This document shows, piece by piece, positions 45,520 through 55,592 of a DNA stretch of 64,000 nt. The position numbers and the translations under genes were made by a program. Position 1 is the stretch's first letter; the number at the start of each line of letters is the position of its first letter. The stretch lies in contig JBAQTB010000001.1 of assembly GCA_049296775.1 (NCBI GenBank), positions 224,992 through 288,991 of the forward strand. The letters run 5' to 3'. The stretch is from Patescibacteria group bacterium. Its GTDB lineage: Bacteria; Patescibacteriota; Patescibacteriia; UBA9934. Below the pieces are notes generated by a model. It did no database searches and was not told where the DNA came from. It was given only the letters and a program-made list of their open reading frames with translations.

Positions 45520-48199
45520 GCTTTTGCTTTTAGCGGGCATCAGCTACACTTCCGGGTATATGGAATCTCATGACAAAACATTTATCATTCTAGACGGTAA
45601 CGCCTTGTTGCACAGAGCTTGGCACGCTATTCCCCCACTCACTACTAAAGATGGCTTGGTAGTGAATGCAGCTTACGGCTTTACTAATGTAGTTGAGAAA
45701 ATGCTACAAACGTATAAACCGGATTACATGGCGGTGGCCTGGGACTTGCCCGGTGGAACGTTTAGACATGAGGAGTACGCTCCATACAAGGCTACACGTG
45801 AGAAGAAAGCGGATGAATTGTATGCGCAGATCCCAATTATTCAGGAGATTTTGGCTGCTTACGGTTTGCCGTCCTTCTCAGTAAAGGGTTTTGAGGCTGA
45901 TGACATTTTAGGTACGGTGGCGAGGTTGAATGAAGAACATGGCGGGATTGAAACTCTGATTGTGACGGGTGATTTGGATAGTTTGCAGTTGGTAAGCGAT
46001 AAAACTAAAGTCGTCTTTTTTGTTAAAGGTTTGTCAGAAGTCAAAATTTACGATGCCGCTGCTATTCACGAGCGTTATGGCTTGAGTCCGCTGCAGTTGA
46101 TCGATCTTAAGACGTTGTTGGGAGATACTTCTGACAATTTGCCGGGAGTAGCCGGGATTGGTGCTAAAAGTGCCTCAGAATTGTTGCAGACTTACGGAAC
46201 TTTGGAGAAGTTGCTAGAAGCGATGCAAGCTGGCACGTTGCCGGACAAGTACGCTAAGAAATTGAAGGATCAAGAAAAAACTATCGAACTCATGCGTCAT
46301 TTAGTGACGATTGTGAAAGATGTCCCGCTCAAGGAATTTGATTTGGAACAAACAGTTACTAGCAGTCCAGATGTGGAGAAGCTGTTGGGCTTGTTCAAAA
46401 CTTACGAGTTTAAGCAGTTAATTAAGAAATACGAAGGCAAATTAAGCGGTGAGGGTGTAGTGGCGGAGGTGCCGGTCAAGCAGATCAAAACTACTAAACT
46501 CAAAGGAGCGACAAGTTTGACTGAGGTGTCGAGTTTGCAGGCTTTAGACGCGCATATGTTGATGTTTTGGGTCGAGGTTAAGGCGACGGATTTATTTGGC
46601 GGCGGGATCGCGAGAATTTTAGTCAGCGATGGCACGAAAGTGTATGTGAAGTCTGAGCCGCAGACGGAGGATTTGCAGGCGGCGGTAGAGTTTGTGATGA
46701 CGGCTAAGGTGGTGGTGATGCATGACAGTAAGGCCATTTTGCACGCCCTTGCTCAGGCCGAAGTAGATTTTAGTGCGGTGTTTGCCGGATCAGAGGTAGT
46801 CGACACCATGTTGGCAGCGTATTTGATCGCCTCAAGTGTGCGTGACTTTGGTTTTAATGAAGTGGTGGCAGATCATTTGAACCTGACCGTGACTGAGACT
46901 TCTTCTGCAGTAGAACTCATGAGTGCCTTGGCGCAGTTAGCGGATAAACTAGTGACAAGATTGCAGACAGATGGCATGGCGGCGCTGTATAGGGATATCG
47001 AAGTCCCATTAGTGCCGGTGTTGTTTGGCATGGAGCGAGCCGGCATTGCAGTAGATAAACGTAAGTTAGAACAGTTATCTCAGGATTTTGCGACTACTTT
47101 AGAGGCTTTGACCAAGAAAATTTATAAGTTAGCTGGCAAGGAATTTAATATTAACTCCCCTGCCCAACTGGCTGAAATTTTGTTTACAACTTTAGGCTTG
47201 CCAACCAAGGGCATCAAAAAGACCAAGAGCGGTTACTCAACCGCGGCACCTGAGCTAGAAAAACTTGCTGAGACTAGTCCGATTATTGCCATGATTGAGG
47301 AATATCGCGAGGTCGCCAAACTTAAGTCAACGTATGCGGATTCATTGCCTTTGCTCGTGGCGGCTGATGGCAGAATTCATACTACGTTTAGTCAGGTTGT
47401 TGCGGCTACGGGTAGATTATCTTCTGCTAATCCTAACGTTCAGAATATTCCGATTCGGAGTGAATTAGGCTTAGAGATCAGAAAAGCGTTTATTGCGGAC
47501 AAGGGACGAGTGTTATTATCCGCTGACTATTCGCAGATTGAATTACGGTTAGCCGCACATATTGCTCATGATGAATCGTTTATCACCGCGTTTAAGTCTG
47601 GCACAGACATTCACAGGCTGACGGCGGCTGAAGTGTGGGAAGTGGCAGAAGATGCAGTTACCAAGCAGCAGCGTGCTGCCGCTAAAGCAATTAACTTCAG
47701 TATTTTGTACGGTGTGGGCGCACGTTCATTGGGACGAGCGACCGGACTTAGCTTTGCGGACGCTAAGCAATTTATCGCCAAATATTTTGAAGCACATCCA
47801 GCCATTTTGCAATACATGGACGCGATGAAGTTAAAGGCGCGCACGGATGGCTTTGTGGAGACTTTGTTTGGAAGACGTCGCTATTTGCCAGATGCGCAGT
47901 CAGGTATGCCGCAATTAGTGGCTGGCGCTGAACGGATGGCTGTGAACATGCCCATTCAGGGCACGCAGGCCGATATTCTGAAGATCGCCATGATTAGGAT
48001 TGCAGATTGGCTGAAAACCAGTAAGCTAGAGGCTAAGATGCTGTTGCAAGTGCACGATGAATTAGTGTTTGAAGTTTTAGAGTCTGAAGTTGAGGAGTTA
48101 GCCAAGAAAGTTCAGGAGTTAATGGCGGCAGTGATTGATTTGTCCGTGCCGTTAGTGGTGGACGTGGGATCAGCTAAGCGTTGGGGTGAGATTGATTAG
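45518..48199 (+). CDS. polA: DNA polymerase I
   Basis: 5'-3' exonuclease N-terminus (FIILDGNALLHRAWHA); polymerase motifs A (LLSADYSQIELR), B (RRAAKAINFSILYG) and C (QVHDELVFE). Start probably at MESHDKTF (~45560). Confidence 0.95.
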   Translation: MLLLLAGISYTSGYMESHDKTFIILDGNALLHRAWHAIPPLTTKDGLVVNAAYGFTNVVEKMLQTYKPDYMAVAWDLPGGTFRHEEYAPYKATREKKADELYAQIPIIQEILAAYGLPSFSVKGFEADDILGTVARLNEEHGGIETLIVTGDLDSLQLVSDKTKVVFFVKGLSEVKIYDAAAIHERYGLSPLQLIDLKTLLGDTSDNLPGVAGIGAKSASELLQTYGTLEKLLEAMQAGTLPDKYAKKLKDQEKTIELMRHLVTIVKDVPLKEFDLEQTVTSSPDVEKLLGLFKTYEFKQLIKKYEGKLSGEGVVAEVPVKQIKTTKLKGATSLTEVSSLQALDAHMLMFWVEVKATDLFGGGIARILVSDGTKVYVKSEPQTEDLQAAVEFVMTAKVVVMHDSKAILHALAQAEVDFSAVFAGSEVVDTMLAAYLIASSVRDFGFNEVVADHLNLTVTETSSAVELMSALAQLADKLVTRLQTDGMAALYRDIEVPLVPVLFGMERAGIAVDKRKLEQLSQDFATTLEALTKKIYKLAGKEFNINSPAQLAEILFTTLGLPTKGIKKTKSGYSTAAPELEKLAETSPIIAMIEEYREVAKLKSTYADSLPLLVAADGRIHTTFSQVVAATGRLSSANPNVQNIPIRSELGLEIRKAFIADKGRVLLSADYSQIELRLAAHIAHDESFITAFKSGTDIHRLTAAEVWEVAEDAVTKQQRAAAKAINFSILYGVGARSLGRATGLSFADAKQFIAKYFEAHPAILQYMDAMKLKARTDGFVETLFGRRRYLPDAQSGMPQLVAGAERMAVNMPIQGTQADILKIAMIRIADWLKTSKLEAKMLLQVHDELVFEVLESEVEELAKKVQELMAAVIDLSVPLVVDVGSAKRWGEID

Positions 48200-49190
48200 C
48201 GTTAGGTTGTGTATGATCATCTTTATTTACGGCGATGATGCTTTGCGTGTCAAAGAACGCGTGGCCGAGATGCGTCAGAAATTTGTAGATAAATTTGATG
48301 TCTCGGGCATGAACGTGGATGAATTGGTGTCACGAGACGGCTTGCATGTTGAACGCGGAGCTATGATTGGCGCGGCTCAGGCTTCCCCGTTTCTGTCTGA
48401 GAAACGCATGGTTGTGATTAGAAATTTAGCCTCATCTTTGAAGAAAGCTGAGGCTAAGGCTTGGGTAGACGGTTTTTCTAGAACACCAGAATCTACAATT
48501 TTGGTGTTTGCAGATGCAGTACCGGCGGCAACGCTAGAGAAATCAGAGTTATTTAAAGCGCTGAAGGCTTTACCGGACGTGCATGCGTATCCTTTGCCAC
48601 AGTTAGAGGGCGCTGAATTGTCGGCCTGGGCTTTGAGCCGGGCTGGAGTGCACGGCGCGAGTGTGTCGCCATCTGTGTTGAGTGTATTGCTAAATCGAAC
48701 GGGTAATGACAGTTGGAAGATTGATGCTGAGTTGCAGAAGCTGTCTGCTTACGCGCACGGTGAGGCCATTACCGGCGCTATGATCACTGAACTGGTGCGA
48801 GTTGAGTCTCACGCTGATATCTTTGGTTTCATGGATGCCTTGGCTTCAGGCCAGCCAGCACGAGCTTTGCGACAATTAGCTGAGGAGCGTGAAGCCGGCG
48901 CCGATGAATTCCAGCTGTTCGGCATGCTGTTGCGACAGATTAGGTTATTGATTCAGGCTAGAGATGTGCTAGACGGTAATCCGAGGGCGCAGAAACAAGA
49001 CTTGGCGGATAACCTAGGCATTCATCCGTTTGTAGCTCAAAAACTCTTAACTGAAGTCCGGTCTTGGCCCGCTGAAAAGCTAGAAAAATTACACGGATTA
49101 GCGTTTGGATTAGATAAATCGATGAAATTGGGGCTGACCTCTGGAATTGCCGTAGATAGGCTGGTTTCTGGCTTCCTCAAGGTTTCTTGA
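48186..49190 (+). CDS. holA: DNA polymerase III delta subunit
   Basis: IIFIYGDDALRVKERV N-terminus and a clamp-loader delta fold. Start probably at MIIFIYG (~48213). Confidence 0.75.
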   Translation: MRLISVRLCMIIFIYGDDALRVKERVAEMRQKFVDKFDVSGMNVDELVSRDGLHVERGAMIGAAQASPFLSEKRMVVIRNLASSLKKAEAKAWVDGFSRTPESTILVFADAVPAATLEKSELFKALKALPDVHAYPLPQLEGAELSAWALSRAGVHGASVSPSVLSVLLNRTGNDSWKIDAELQKLSAYAHGEAITGAMITELVRVESHADIFGFMDALASGQPARALRQLAEEREAGADEFQLFGMLLRQIRLLIQARDVLDGNPRAQKQDLADNLGIHPFVAQKLLTEVRSWPAEKLEKLHGLAFGLDKSMKLGLTSGIAVDRLVSGFLKVS

Positions 49191-49229
49191 CGATTTTAAA
49201 GTTCTCCGCTATCCTTTGCCCACTTTCCT

Positions 49230-49499
49230 ATGCCAAATCTACAAAATGCAAAAAAGGCTTTGCGTCAAAGCATTGTCCGCGCTGGTCGTAATAAGCTCAT
49301 GCGTGAGCGTATTGACTATATGCGCCGCAGCTTCCGCAAGCTTTTAACTGCGAATAAGCTCGATGAAGCTAAGACGTTGATCAAGGATCTCGTCCAAGCT
49401 CTGGATAAAGCCGCAGGCAAAAATCTTATCAAAAAGAACACAGCCGCTCGCGTTAAGAGCCGCGCTATGGCTCAGTTGAATAAGATCACCAAAAAGTAA
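49230..49499 (+). CDS. rpsT: 30S ribosomal protein S20
   Basis: MPNLQNAKKALRQSIVRAGRNKLMRERIDYMRRSFRKLL is typical of S20. Confidence 0.9.
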   Translation: MPNLQNAKKALRQSIVRAGRNKLMRERIDYMRRSFRKLLTANKLDEAKTLIKDLVQALDKAAGKNLIKKNTAARVKSRAMAQLNKITKK

Positions 49500-49504
49500 G
49501 CCTA

Positions 49505-49542
49505 CAAAAAATACTCTGAGTAATATGCTCAGAGTATTTTAA
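49505..49542. terminator. bidirectional terminator (TACTCTGAG-TAATATG-CTCAGAGTA + T4)
   Basis: Perfect 9-bp stem between rpsT (+) and rmuC (-). Confidence 0.65.
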
Positions 49543-49551
49543 TTTACCGCT

Positions 49552-50658
49552 TTAATTCTCAATCACCGGTGAGTCGACGAGTTCTAGGTCTAGGACTTCT
49601 CCGCCTTTGCCAGCGGTGATTTTGTTGACGTCTTTGCTGATTTTACGTAATTCGCTGGATGATTGATTGAACTGGCTCACGGTGGTGTTGAGGTGTTTGC
49701 CGACCTTGCTGTGGTAATCGGCGTAAGCTCTGACGTGTTTGCCGAGTTCTTCCACCTGTTTTTGGATCATGACAGCATTTTCTTCGATCTTTAAAGCGCG
49801 GAGACCTTGTAAAACGGTTTGTAAAAAGGCAAAAAATGAAGTTGGTGATACAACAATAACTTTGTATTTTGAGGCGGCTCTGGCGATTAGGCTGTCGGTT
49901 TCATCAGATACTACGCCGATTTTATTGACGAGGAGATCGTAATACACGGCCTCATGTGGAATGAACATGAAAGCAAAGTCCATAGTGCCCTCTTCTGGCC
50001 GGATGTATTTTGAGGTTTCTTGAATTCTGAGTTTTAGGTCATTTAAAAAGGTCTTTTCTAGTTTTTCGCGGGCATCTGGATTCTGTTCAACGGCGAGTCG
50101 GTTGTAATTTTCCAGACTAAACTTGGAGTCGATCGGAATAACTTTGTTGTCTAACAAAATCGCAGCATCAACGATTTCACCATTATTGAATTTGTATTGC
50201 ATCTTGTAATGTTCAGGCGCGAGCACGTTCTTGAGCGCGGTTTCAAGGAAATATTCGCCTAAAATCCCACGTCCTTTAGGATTTTTCAGCACATCTTGGA
50301 GGCTTTGTAGCTGTGAAGAGAAATCCAGAACCTGTTTATTAGTAGCATCGAGGGTGGTTAGTCTTAAAGTAATATCCTCAATAATCTTGGAGGTTTGGGC
50401 AAACTGGGTTTGCATGGCCTTTTGGGAGTCGCTCATGCCTTTATAAACTTGATCGTTGACACGCCCTAACTGAGACTGCATCTCTACCCTACCTTTATCC
50501 TGGACCTCATAGAGCTCTTTGCGCATGGTGTTTAACTGCTCGAGTAATGCCAGGGTTGGATCTGCAGTTTTTTGGCTAACTAAACGGTAAAAAATGGCAC
50601 CTACGGCCACTAGAGTGAAGATTAGTAAACAGATAACGATCAAAAATTCGGTTTGCAT
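49552..50658 (-). CDS. rmuC: DNA recombination protein RmuC
   Basis: N-terminal TM, coiled coil, and a C-terminal RmuC nuclease-like domain (HYKMQYKFNNGEIVDAAILLDNKVIPIDSKF). Confidence 0.8.
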   Translation of the reverse strand: MQTEFLIVICLLIFTLVAVGAIFYRLVSQKTADPTLALLEQLNTMRKELYEVQDKGRVEMQSQLGRVNDQVYKGMSDSQKAMQTQFAQTSKIIEDITLRLTTLDATNKQVLDFSSQLQSLQDVLKNPKGRGILGEYFLETALKNVLAPEHYKMQYKFNNGEIVDAAILLDNKVIPIDSKFSLENYNRLAVEQNPDAREKLEKTFLNDLKLRIQETSKYIRPEEGTMDFAFMFIPHEAVYYDLLVNKIGVVSDETDSLIARAASKYKVIVVSPTSFFAFLQTVLQGLRALKIEENAVMIQKQVEELGKHVRAYADYHSKVGKHLNTTVSQFNQSSSELRKISKDVNKITAGKGGEVLDLELVDSPVIEN

Positions 50659-50754
50659 ATTTGACCTTTGGGGATTATGAAGACTATAATGTGTTCGCTT
50701 AGTGTTCGTAGTATAGCATATGCGGAGACGCTAGTTTTACGACTCTATGAGCCT

Positions 50755-50830
50755 GTCCCTATAGTTCAACTGGATAGAACATGGGCGTCCTAAGCCTGGG
50801 ATCTTGGTTCAAGTCCAAGTGGGGGCACCA
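50755..50830 (+). tRNA. tRNA-Arg (anticodon CCT), CCA encoded, two G-U pairs in acceptor stem
   Basis: GTCCCTATAGTTCAACTGGATAGAACATGGGCGTCCTAAGCCTGGGATCTTGGTTCAAGTCCAAGTGGGGGCACCA. Confidence 0.75.
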
Positions 50831-50869
50831 CAAGAAAATGGCTAAAGTTAGCCAAATAACAATGAAAAC

Positions 50870-51215
50870 GTTTCACGTGAAACATTCACTTTCAGAATGT
50901 TCCATATGAAACGTTTTTGTTTTTAGCGATATAATTCCGTACTCACATCGTCTATTCTCGTACCTCATGTTTCACGTGAAGCGTGTAGATCGAGATCCTG
51001 GGTGTCGACCAAGAACTGACGTTGCTAGTCGTGTAGATTGCGATGGCGTCGACAGGACGACCTCTGAATCCAAAGTATCAATTGAGACGCAGATGTTTTA
51101 CGTGAAACATTGCTAATTAAAGTATCGAAATAATAAATTTGAGTGTCCGGGTCGACCGATTGAGAAGTTATCAACTGTTGTGGACTAAAGGGGGATAAGA
51201 TTTGGCCACGTGAAG
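50870..51215. promoter_or_regulatory. three copies of a 12-14-bp palindrome (G)TTTCACGTGAAA(C) plus a fourth half-like site, upstream of the surface-protein operon; TATAAT at 50930-50935
   Basis: GTTTCACGTGAAAC 50870-50883 is a perfect 14-mer. GTTTCACGTGAAG at 50969-50981, GTTTTACGTGAAAC at 51095-51108 and CCACGTGAAG at 51206-51215. Confidence 0.5.
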
Positions 51216-51329
51216 AACTACGAATAATTGTCAACGCTAGTGTAGACAAAGTTACTAACAATCTATACCCAAGTTATCCACAAAGTTATCCCCTTTTTGC
51301 GCTTGTGGGATATTTGCTGACGACATATT

Positions 51330-52265
51330 GTGTTCAGAGGGAATATGTTGAAGTTTTTTAAAGGCCTGGTTGTTTACTTTTCGCTTGGATTAGCGATTTT
51401 TTTGCCTTCCCTCGTAAATGCGGCCATGAGCTCAACGAATTATCGCATCCAGTTTGATTCTGTGGGTGTTGGGGGACTCGATAATCCGTCCTCGGCCTCC
51501 TACGGGCTCAGAGACACTTTGGAGTTTATTCAGGGGATCGGAACTTCAGCATCTTATAGGGTAGATGAGGGTTATAGAGGCGGGATTTACGACCCAATTG
51601 TGCATTTTACGGTGATTGCACAAGATACGGCGTCGCAAGTAGCAGCGACCGCAATTACGAGCACCTCGGTTTCAGTGACGTTGGCTACCGGTTACGTGAC
51701 CGGTGATTATATAGCCGTCATTCAAAATGAGGGGCTTAGTCAAATAGCGGCGATTGGTAGGATTACGAGTGTTGCGGGCGCTACCCTGAATATCGATTTC
51801 TTTACTGACGGCGGCACCTTTCCGGTGATCGATAGTGTCAATGATTATGTGTATGAGCTGACGGACACGGGTATCCCACTTAGTTCTTTAACACCGAGTA
51901 CGGCCCAGACCGGTATTTTGGCTTGGGATGTTGATGCTAGTGTGCCGGAAGGCTACAGCGTATATGTGTTTGAAGATCATGATCTGTGGGTTAGCTCTGG
52001 TACGGCGATTAATGATGTCGAGGACGGCGCTGTGACCACGAGTAATGAGGAGTATGGCGGCAGATCATCGGATACGACCTTGTCAGGCTCAACATTTGAT
52101 ACTGCGGATACGTCTTTCACGACTAGCTTACAGCAAGTAGCCAGTCGGAATGTTTCAACTTTGAAATCACGGGATTTTTTGACGCTGAAAGTGGCCGCCG
52201 CGGAGACCACGGTGGACGGCGCTTACTCGCATACGCTGACAGTAGTGTTCGTGGGTGATTATTAG
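51330..52265 (+). CDS. secreted protein with N-terminal S-x-N-Y-R-[IL]..V-G-V-G-G...S-S-A-S-Y-G-L motif domain, Thr/Ser-rich
   Basis: Signal peptide LKFFKGLVVYFSLGLAIFLPSLVNA. First gene of a same-strand cluster with 0-10-nt gaps and overlaps. Confidence 0.55.
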   Translation: MFRGNMLKFFKGLVVYFSLGLAIFLPSLVNAAMSSTNYRIQFDSVGVGGLDNPSSASYGLRDTLEFIQGIGTSASYRVDEGYRGGIYDPIVHFTVIAQDTASQVAATAITSTSVSVTLATGYVTGDYIAVIQNEGLSQIAAIGRITSVAGATLNIDFFTDGGTFPVIDSVNDYVYELTDTGIPLSSLTPSTAQTGILAWDVDASVPEGYSVYVFEDHDLWVSSGTAINDVEDGAVTTSNEEYGGRSSDTTLSGSTFDTADTSFTTSLQQVASRNVSTLKSRDFLTLKVAAAETTVDGAYSHTLTVVFVGDY

Positions 52266-53133
52266 TATGCGTAAGTTTTGGATGTTTACAGGGTGTTTGC
52301 TAATTTTTGGTCTGAGCTGCCACCGCTCGGCCTTAGCGCTTGTAGCCACGCCGTCAGCAGCGACACTTCAGGTTGAAATTGGGGAGCAGGCCATTCAGAG
52401 CTTGAATTACGAGAACGATGCGGGGGTTACGGAAGAGTTTCAATTGAGTTTAATGGAGGTGGAGTTTGGTGAATCAGCGGACGATCTCCGTTTTTTGCCA
52501 TTATCCGAGTCTAAACGAGCGGCAGTTAGCCTCAGCGCGGAGACTTTACATTTAGAGCCAGGTACCAGTCAGGCTGTCGAAGTGCGTATCAACGCTGGGC
52601 AGATATCAGAAAATTACGCATTAGCAGTGTTGGCGATGGGAGTCGCCCAAGGTGGGGCTGGAGTGAATGTAGCGAGTGCGCAGGCGAATTTGGTGTTTGT
52701 GAATGTGGGTGCTGTGGCGCCAGTAACTTTAAATATCGATTCATTTTCGACCATTCCAGAACAGGACCACGCTTCTCCAATCAAATTTGCAGTTTTACTG
52801 AGTAATCAAGGGGATGGCGTAGCGCAACCAAAAGTTGGCGTGCAGATCAAGAATATGTGGGGCAAGGAAGTTGAAGTGGTGCCGCTTAACCCTACCGGGC
52901 GTCGTATTCCGGGTCAGACAAGCCGGATTTTTTCTGCAGATTGGCAGGCGAGTAAATTTCAAACTGGCGTGTACCGGGCGACTGTTTACGTTTATCCGGA
53001 CGATTCCGAGCAAGTGCTCACGCAAGAATTGCGCGTGGTACTATTTAGCTGGCGATTGCTTTGCATTTTAGCTGGCGCGGGCGTGCTTTTGATAGCGTCA
53101 GGACTAATTTTAAGGCGAGCAATGAGTCGATAA
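52255..53133 (+). CDS. exported beta-rich protein with C-terminal TM anchor and basic tail
   Basis: Signal peptide, then a C-terminal [27 protein letters not shown]. The start overlaps the upstream stop by 11 nt. Confidence 0.55.
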   Translation: MIISMRKFWMFTGCLLIFGLSCHRSALALVATPSAATLQVEIGEQAIQSLNYENDAGVTEEFQLSLMEVEFGESADDLRFLPLSESKRAAVSLSAETLHLEPGTSQAVEVRINAGQISENYALAVLAMGVAQGGAGVNVASAQANLVFVNVGAVAPVTLNIDSFSTIPEQDHASPIKFAVLLSNQGDGVAQPKVGVQIKNMWGKEVEVVPLNPTGRRIPGQTSRIFSADWQASKFQTGVYRATVYVYPDDSEQVLTQELRVVLFSWRLLCILAGAGVLLIASGLILRRAMSR

Positions 53134-53134
53134 T

Positions 53135-55591
53135 GTGAGTTTAAGGCAGCGAGTTTATTTTAGATTAGTTGGGATATTTTTGACGATCATTGTTTCAATG
53201 TCGCCATTTTTTGGTGGGTTACAAGTGGCGAAAGCAAGTACGGTAAATGATTTAACGGATCAACCTTCGAGTTTATTGATCTCGACGGATTCGAATCACA
53301 AATTCACCTTCACGTTAACTTCTGATATTGCTGAAGGTGAAACGTTTACATTCGATTTTCCAGCGGCTTTTGATACTGCCGCAATCACAGAAAATGATGT
53401 TGACGTGACTTCGGATGGCATTGATCTAGTCACAGATAGTACCTGTAGTTTGGGGACCGAAATGAGTATCGCGATGGCGGCGGACAGTTTGACTTTGACG
53501 AGTTGCGCGGGCTCGGGAGGGCTGAGTATTGGACGTGTTTTGCAGGTAGAAGTGGGGACTAACGCTTCGGCATCAGGTTCTGGAACGGAAAAAATTACTA
53601 ATCCAAGTACAGAAGGTACGTATTCTATTGGGATTGCAGGGACATCTGGCAATTTAGGTGCGATTCCGTTACCAATTGGGACGCGGAGCGGAGCGGGAGT
53701 ATCGGTCAATTTCAGCGGCGGATCTTCTGGAGGAGGGCCGACAGGTGGTGGCGGAGGGGGTGGAGGTGGCGGTGGGCTTCCCGATCCTGATCCAGACCCT
53801 GATCCTGAACCTGAACCGGAGCCCGAGCCTGAACCAGAGCCTGAACCGGAACCAACTCCTGACCCTGAACCGGAACCTGAGCCAACACCGGATCCTGATC
53901 CTGAGCCAGAACCTGACCCGGAGCCCGAGCCTCCAATTGAGCCTGAGCCTGATGAACCGGTGGAAGATGAGGATGAACCAACTGACACTCAAGTGAATGA
54001 TCCGGCGGTAAGAATACGGATTTTTGGAGCACCAGGCTTGCAATTAAGCGTGGGAGAGGCGAGTGTGGACGTGATTGCGGGCACAAGGGTGCGCGTCAAT
54101 ATCGAAGTCGATTCTGCGCCGGATATCCGTGCAGTACTTTTGATCATTGGTGACGATCAGTACGTTTTGTCAGATGACGGTACGGGTAAATTTACTGGTA
54201 GCCTGACGATTCCAGCATCGGATGAAGTCATCAGCGGCTTAGTTTTGTTAGCTGACGGCGCGCAGTTATCGACTAATTTGGCGCTTCACATAGTCTCTGC
54301 GGGCTCAGTTTATGTTGTGATTGACGGACAGCGGCAAAATTTGAGTGACAGTGTGATTACGGCGTATACGCAGGCTCAAGGACGTGAAGCGGCTTGGGGG
54401 GCGTCTGGTTACGGTCAAGCCAACCCGGTTCTTTCAGCCTCGGGGAGTTTTTACTGGTACGTGCCGAACGGTGGTTATGTGGTTTATGCCAGTCACGACG
54501 GGTATGGAGAAGGGAGACAAACGGTGCAGGTGAGAAACAATATTTTGGCACCGAGCATGCAATTGTTTGTGCCGGTTGTTGAGGTTCAAGATTCGATTTT
54601 GCCGTTGCCGGCGGCTGAGGCCATAGCCGCAATTCAGGACATTTTAGCGACCCCAGAGGCGCAAACGGTGGCTAAAGTGGCTTTACCGACCACGATCGCA
54701 CTGACCGTTGGTTTGATTACGCTCTTGGCGTTTGGGTTCAATTTATTGCCGTATCTTCAATACTTTTTAACGTCACCATTCCTATTTTTCGGTCGTAAAC
54801 GCCGGAACGCATACGGGGTAGTTTATAACTCGATTAGTAAGATTCCGATTGAATTAGCAACAGTACGTTTGTACAACTGGGCGGATAATCGACTAGTCAA
54901 AAGTGTGGTCACAAGTCCGGATGGTAGGTATTCGATGATCGTTAATCCGGGTGAGTATCGTCTGCTGGTGGTGAAACCTGGTTTTGAGTGTCCGAGTCAA
55001 TACGTGGGAGAAGTGAAGACTGATGGGAAATATCTTGATGTCTACACCGGTCAGATGTTGAAAGTGACGGAGACAGAGGCTTTAGTGGCCGCAAATATTC
55101 CGATTGATCCGTCTCAAGCGGATGCTCATCATGCCCCACGATTATTGGCATTGAAACGTTTCGCTAGAACGCTACAGCAGATTTTGGCTCCAATTGGCGT
55201 GTTATTGTCGGTAATTGTTTACATAATTTCTCCGTCGACCTTTGCTTTGGTGATGGCGATCGCGCAATTTGTGGTTTGGTTACTTGTGATCAGATTGGTG
55301 AAGCCGACCAAGCCGCAAGGTTGGGGGATTGTGTATGACGAAAAGAGTCAACAGCCTGTGGGCAATACTGTCATTCGGGTGTTTGAACCGAAGTATAATA
55401 AGTTAGTCGAGACTGCTCTCACTGACAGTCGCGGTAGGTACTCGTTCATACTCGGGCCGAACGAATATTTTGTGACTTACAACAAGCCCGGATACACGGA
55501 AAAGATTGTGCGCCCAATCGATTACACTAATAAGCCGGAGCCAACGCCCGTGGCGATGAACGTTGCGTTGCAACATGTATCGGGGGAGTAG
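53135..55591 (+). CDS. large membrane protein with poly-Gly/(Asp-Pro, Glu-Pro)n spacer and two C-terminal carboxypeptidase-regulatory-like beta-sandwich domains
   Basis: N-terminal TM; tract G4-G15 followed by [36 protein letters not shown]...; central TM helices; motifs [27 protein letters not shown] and [27 protein letters not shown]. Confidence 0.6.
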   Translation: MSLRQRVYFRLVGIFLTIIVSMSPFFGGLQVAKASTVNDLTDQPSSLLISTDSNHKFTFTLTSDIAEGETFTFDFPAAFDTAAITENDVDVTSDGIDLVTDSTCSLGTEMSIAMAADSLTLTSCAGSGGLSIGRVLQVEVGTNASASGSGTEKITNPSTEGTYSIGIAGTSGNLGAIPLPIGTRSGAGVSVNFSGGSSGGGPTGGGGGGGGGGGLPDPDPDPDPEPEPEPEPEPEPEPEPTPDPEPEPEPTPDPDPEPEPDPEPEPPIEPEPDEPVEDEDEPTDTQVNDPAVRIRIFGAPGLQLSVGEASVDVIAGTRVRVNIEVDSAPDIRAVLLIIGDDQYVLSDDGTGKFTGSLTIPASDEVISGLVLLADGAQLSTNLALHIVSAGSVYVVIDGQRQNLSDSVITAYTQAQGREAAWGASGYGQANPVLSASGSFYWYVPNGGYVVYASHDGYGEGRQTVQVRNNILAPSMQLFVPVVEVQDSILPLPAAEAIAAIQDILATPEAQTVAKVALPTTIALTVGLITLLAFGFNLLPYLQYFLTSPFLFFGRKRRNAYGVVYNSISKIPIELATVRLYNWADNRLVKSVVTSPDGRYSMIVNPGEYRLLVVKPGFECPSQYVGEVKTDGKYLDVYTGQMLKVTETEALVAANIPIDPSQADAHHAPRLLALKRFARTLQQILAPIGVLLSVIVYIISPSTFALVMAIAQFVVWLLVIRLVKPTKPQGWGIVYDEKSQQPVGNTVIRVFEPKYNKLVETALTDSRGRYSFILGPNEYFVTYNKPGYTEKIVRPIDYTNKPEPTPVAMNVALQHVSGE

Positions 55592-55592
55592 C

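Noticed and set aside
45110-45540. ORF 45110..45418 (+, TTG start, Arg-rich) and 45274..45540 (-)
   Set aside because: Low-complexity basic translations of a GC-rich hairpin-dense region. No RBS and a non-ATG start. Treated as ncRNA or leader instead.
51274-51282. Perfect DnaA box TTATCCACA (and TGTGGATAA at 37456) far from oriC
   Set aside because: Isolated single boxes are most likely chance occurrences. The origin is assigned to the dnaA-dnaN cluster.
53296-54086. Minus-strand ORFs 53296..53988, 53669..54043, 53712..54086 and + ORF 53658..53996 (Gly/Ser/Pro or Arg/Leu-rich)
   Set aside because: Out-of-frame translations of the poly-Gly/(GAN-CCN)n microsatellite-like tract inside the 53135..55591 gene.
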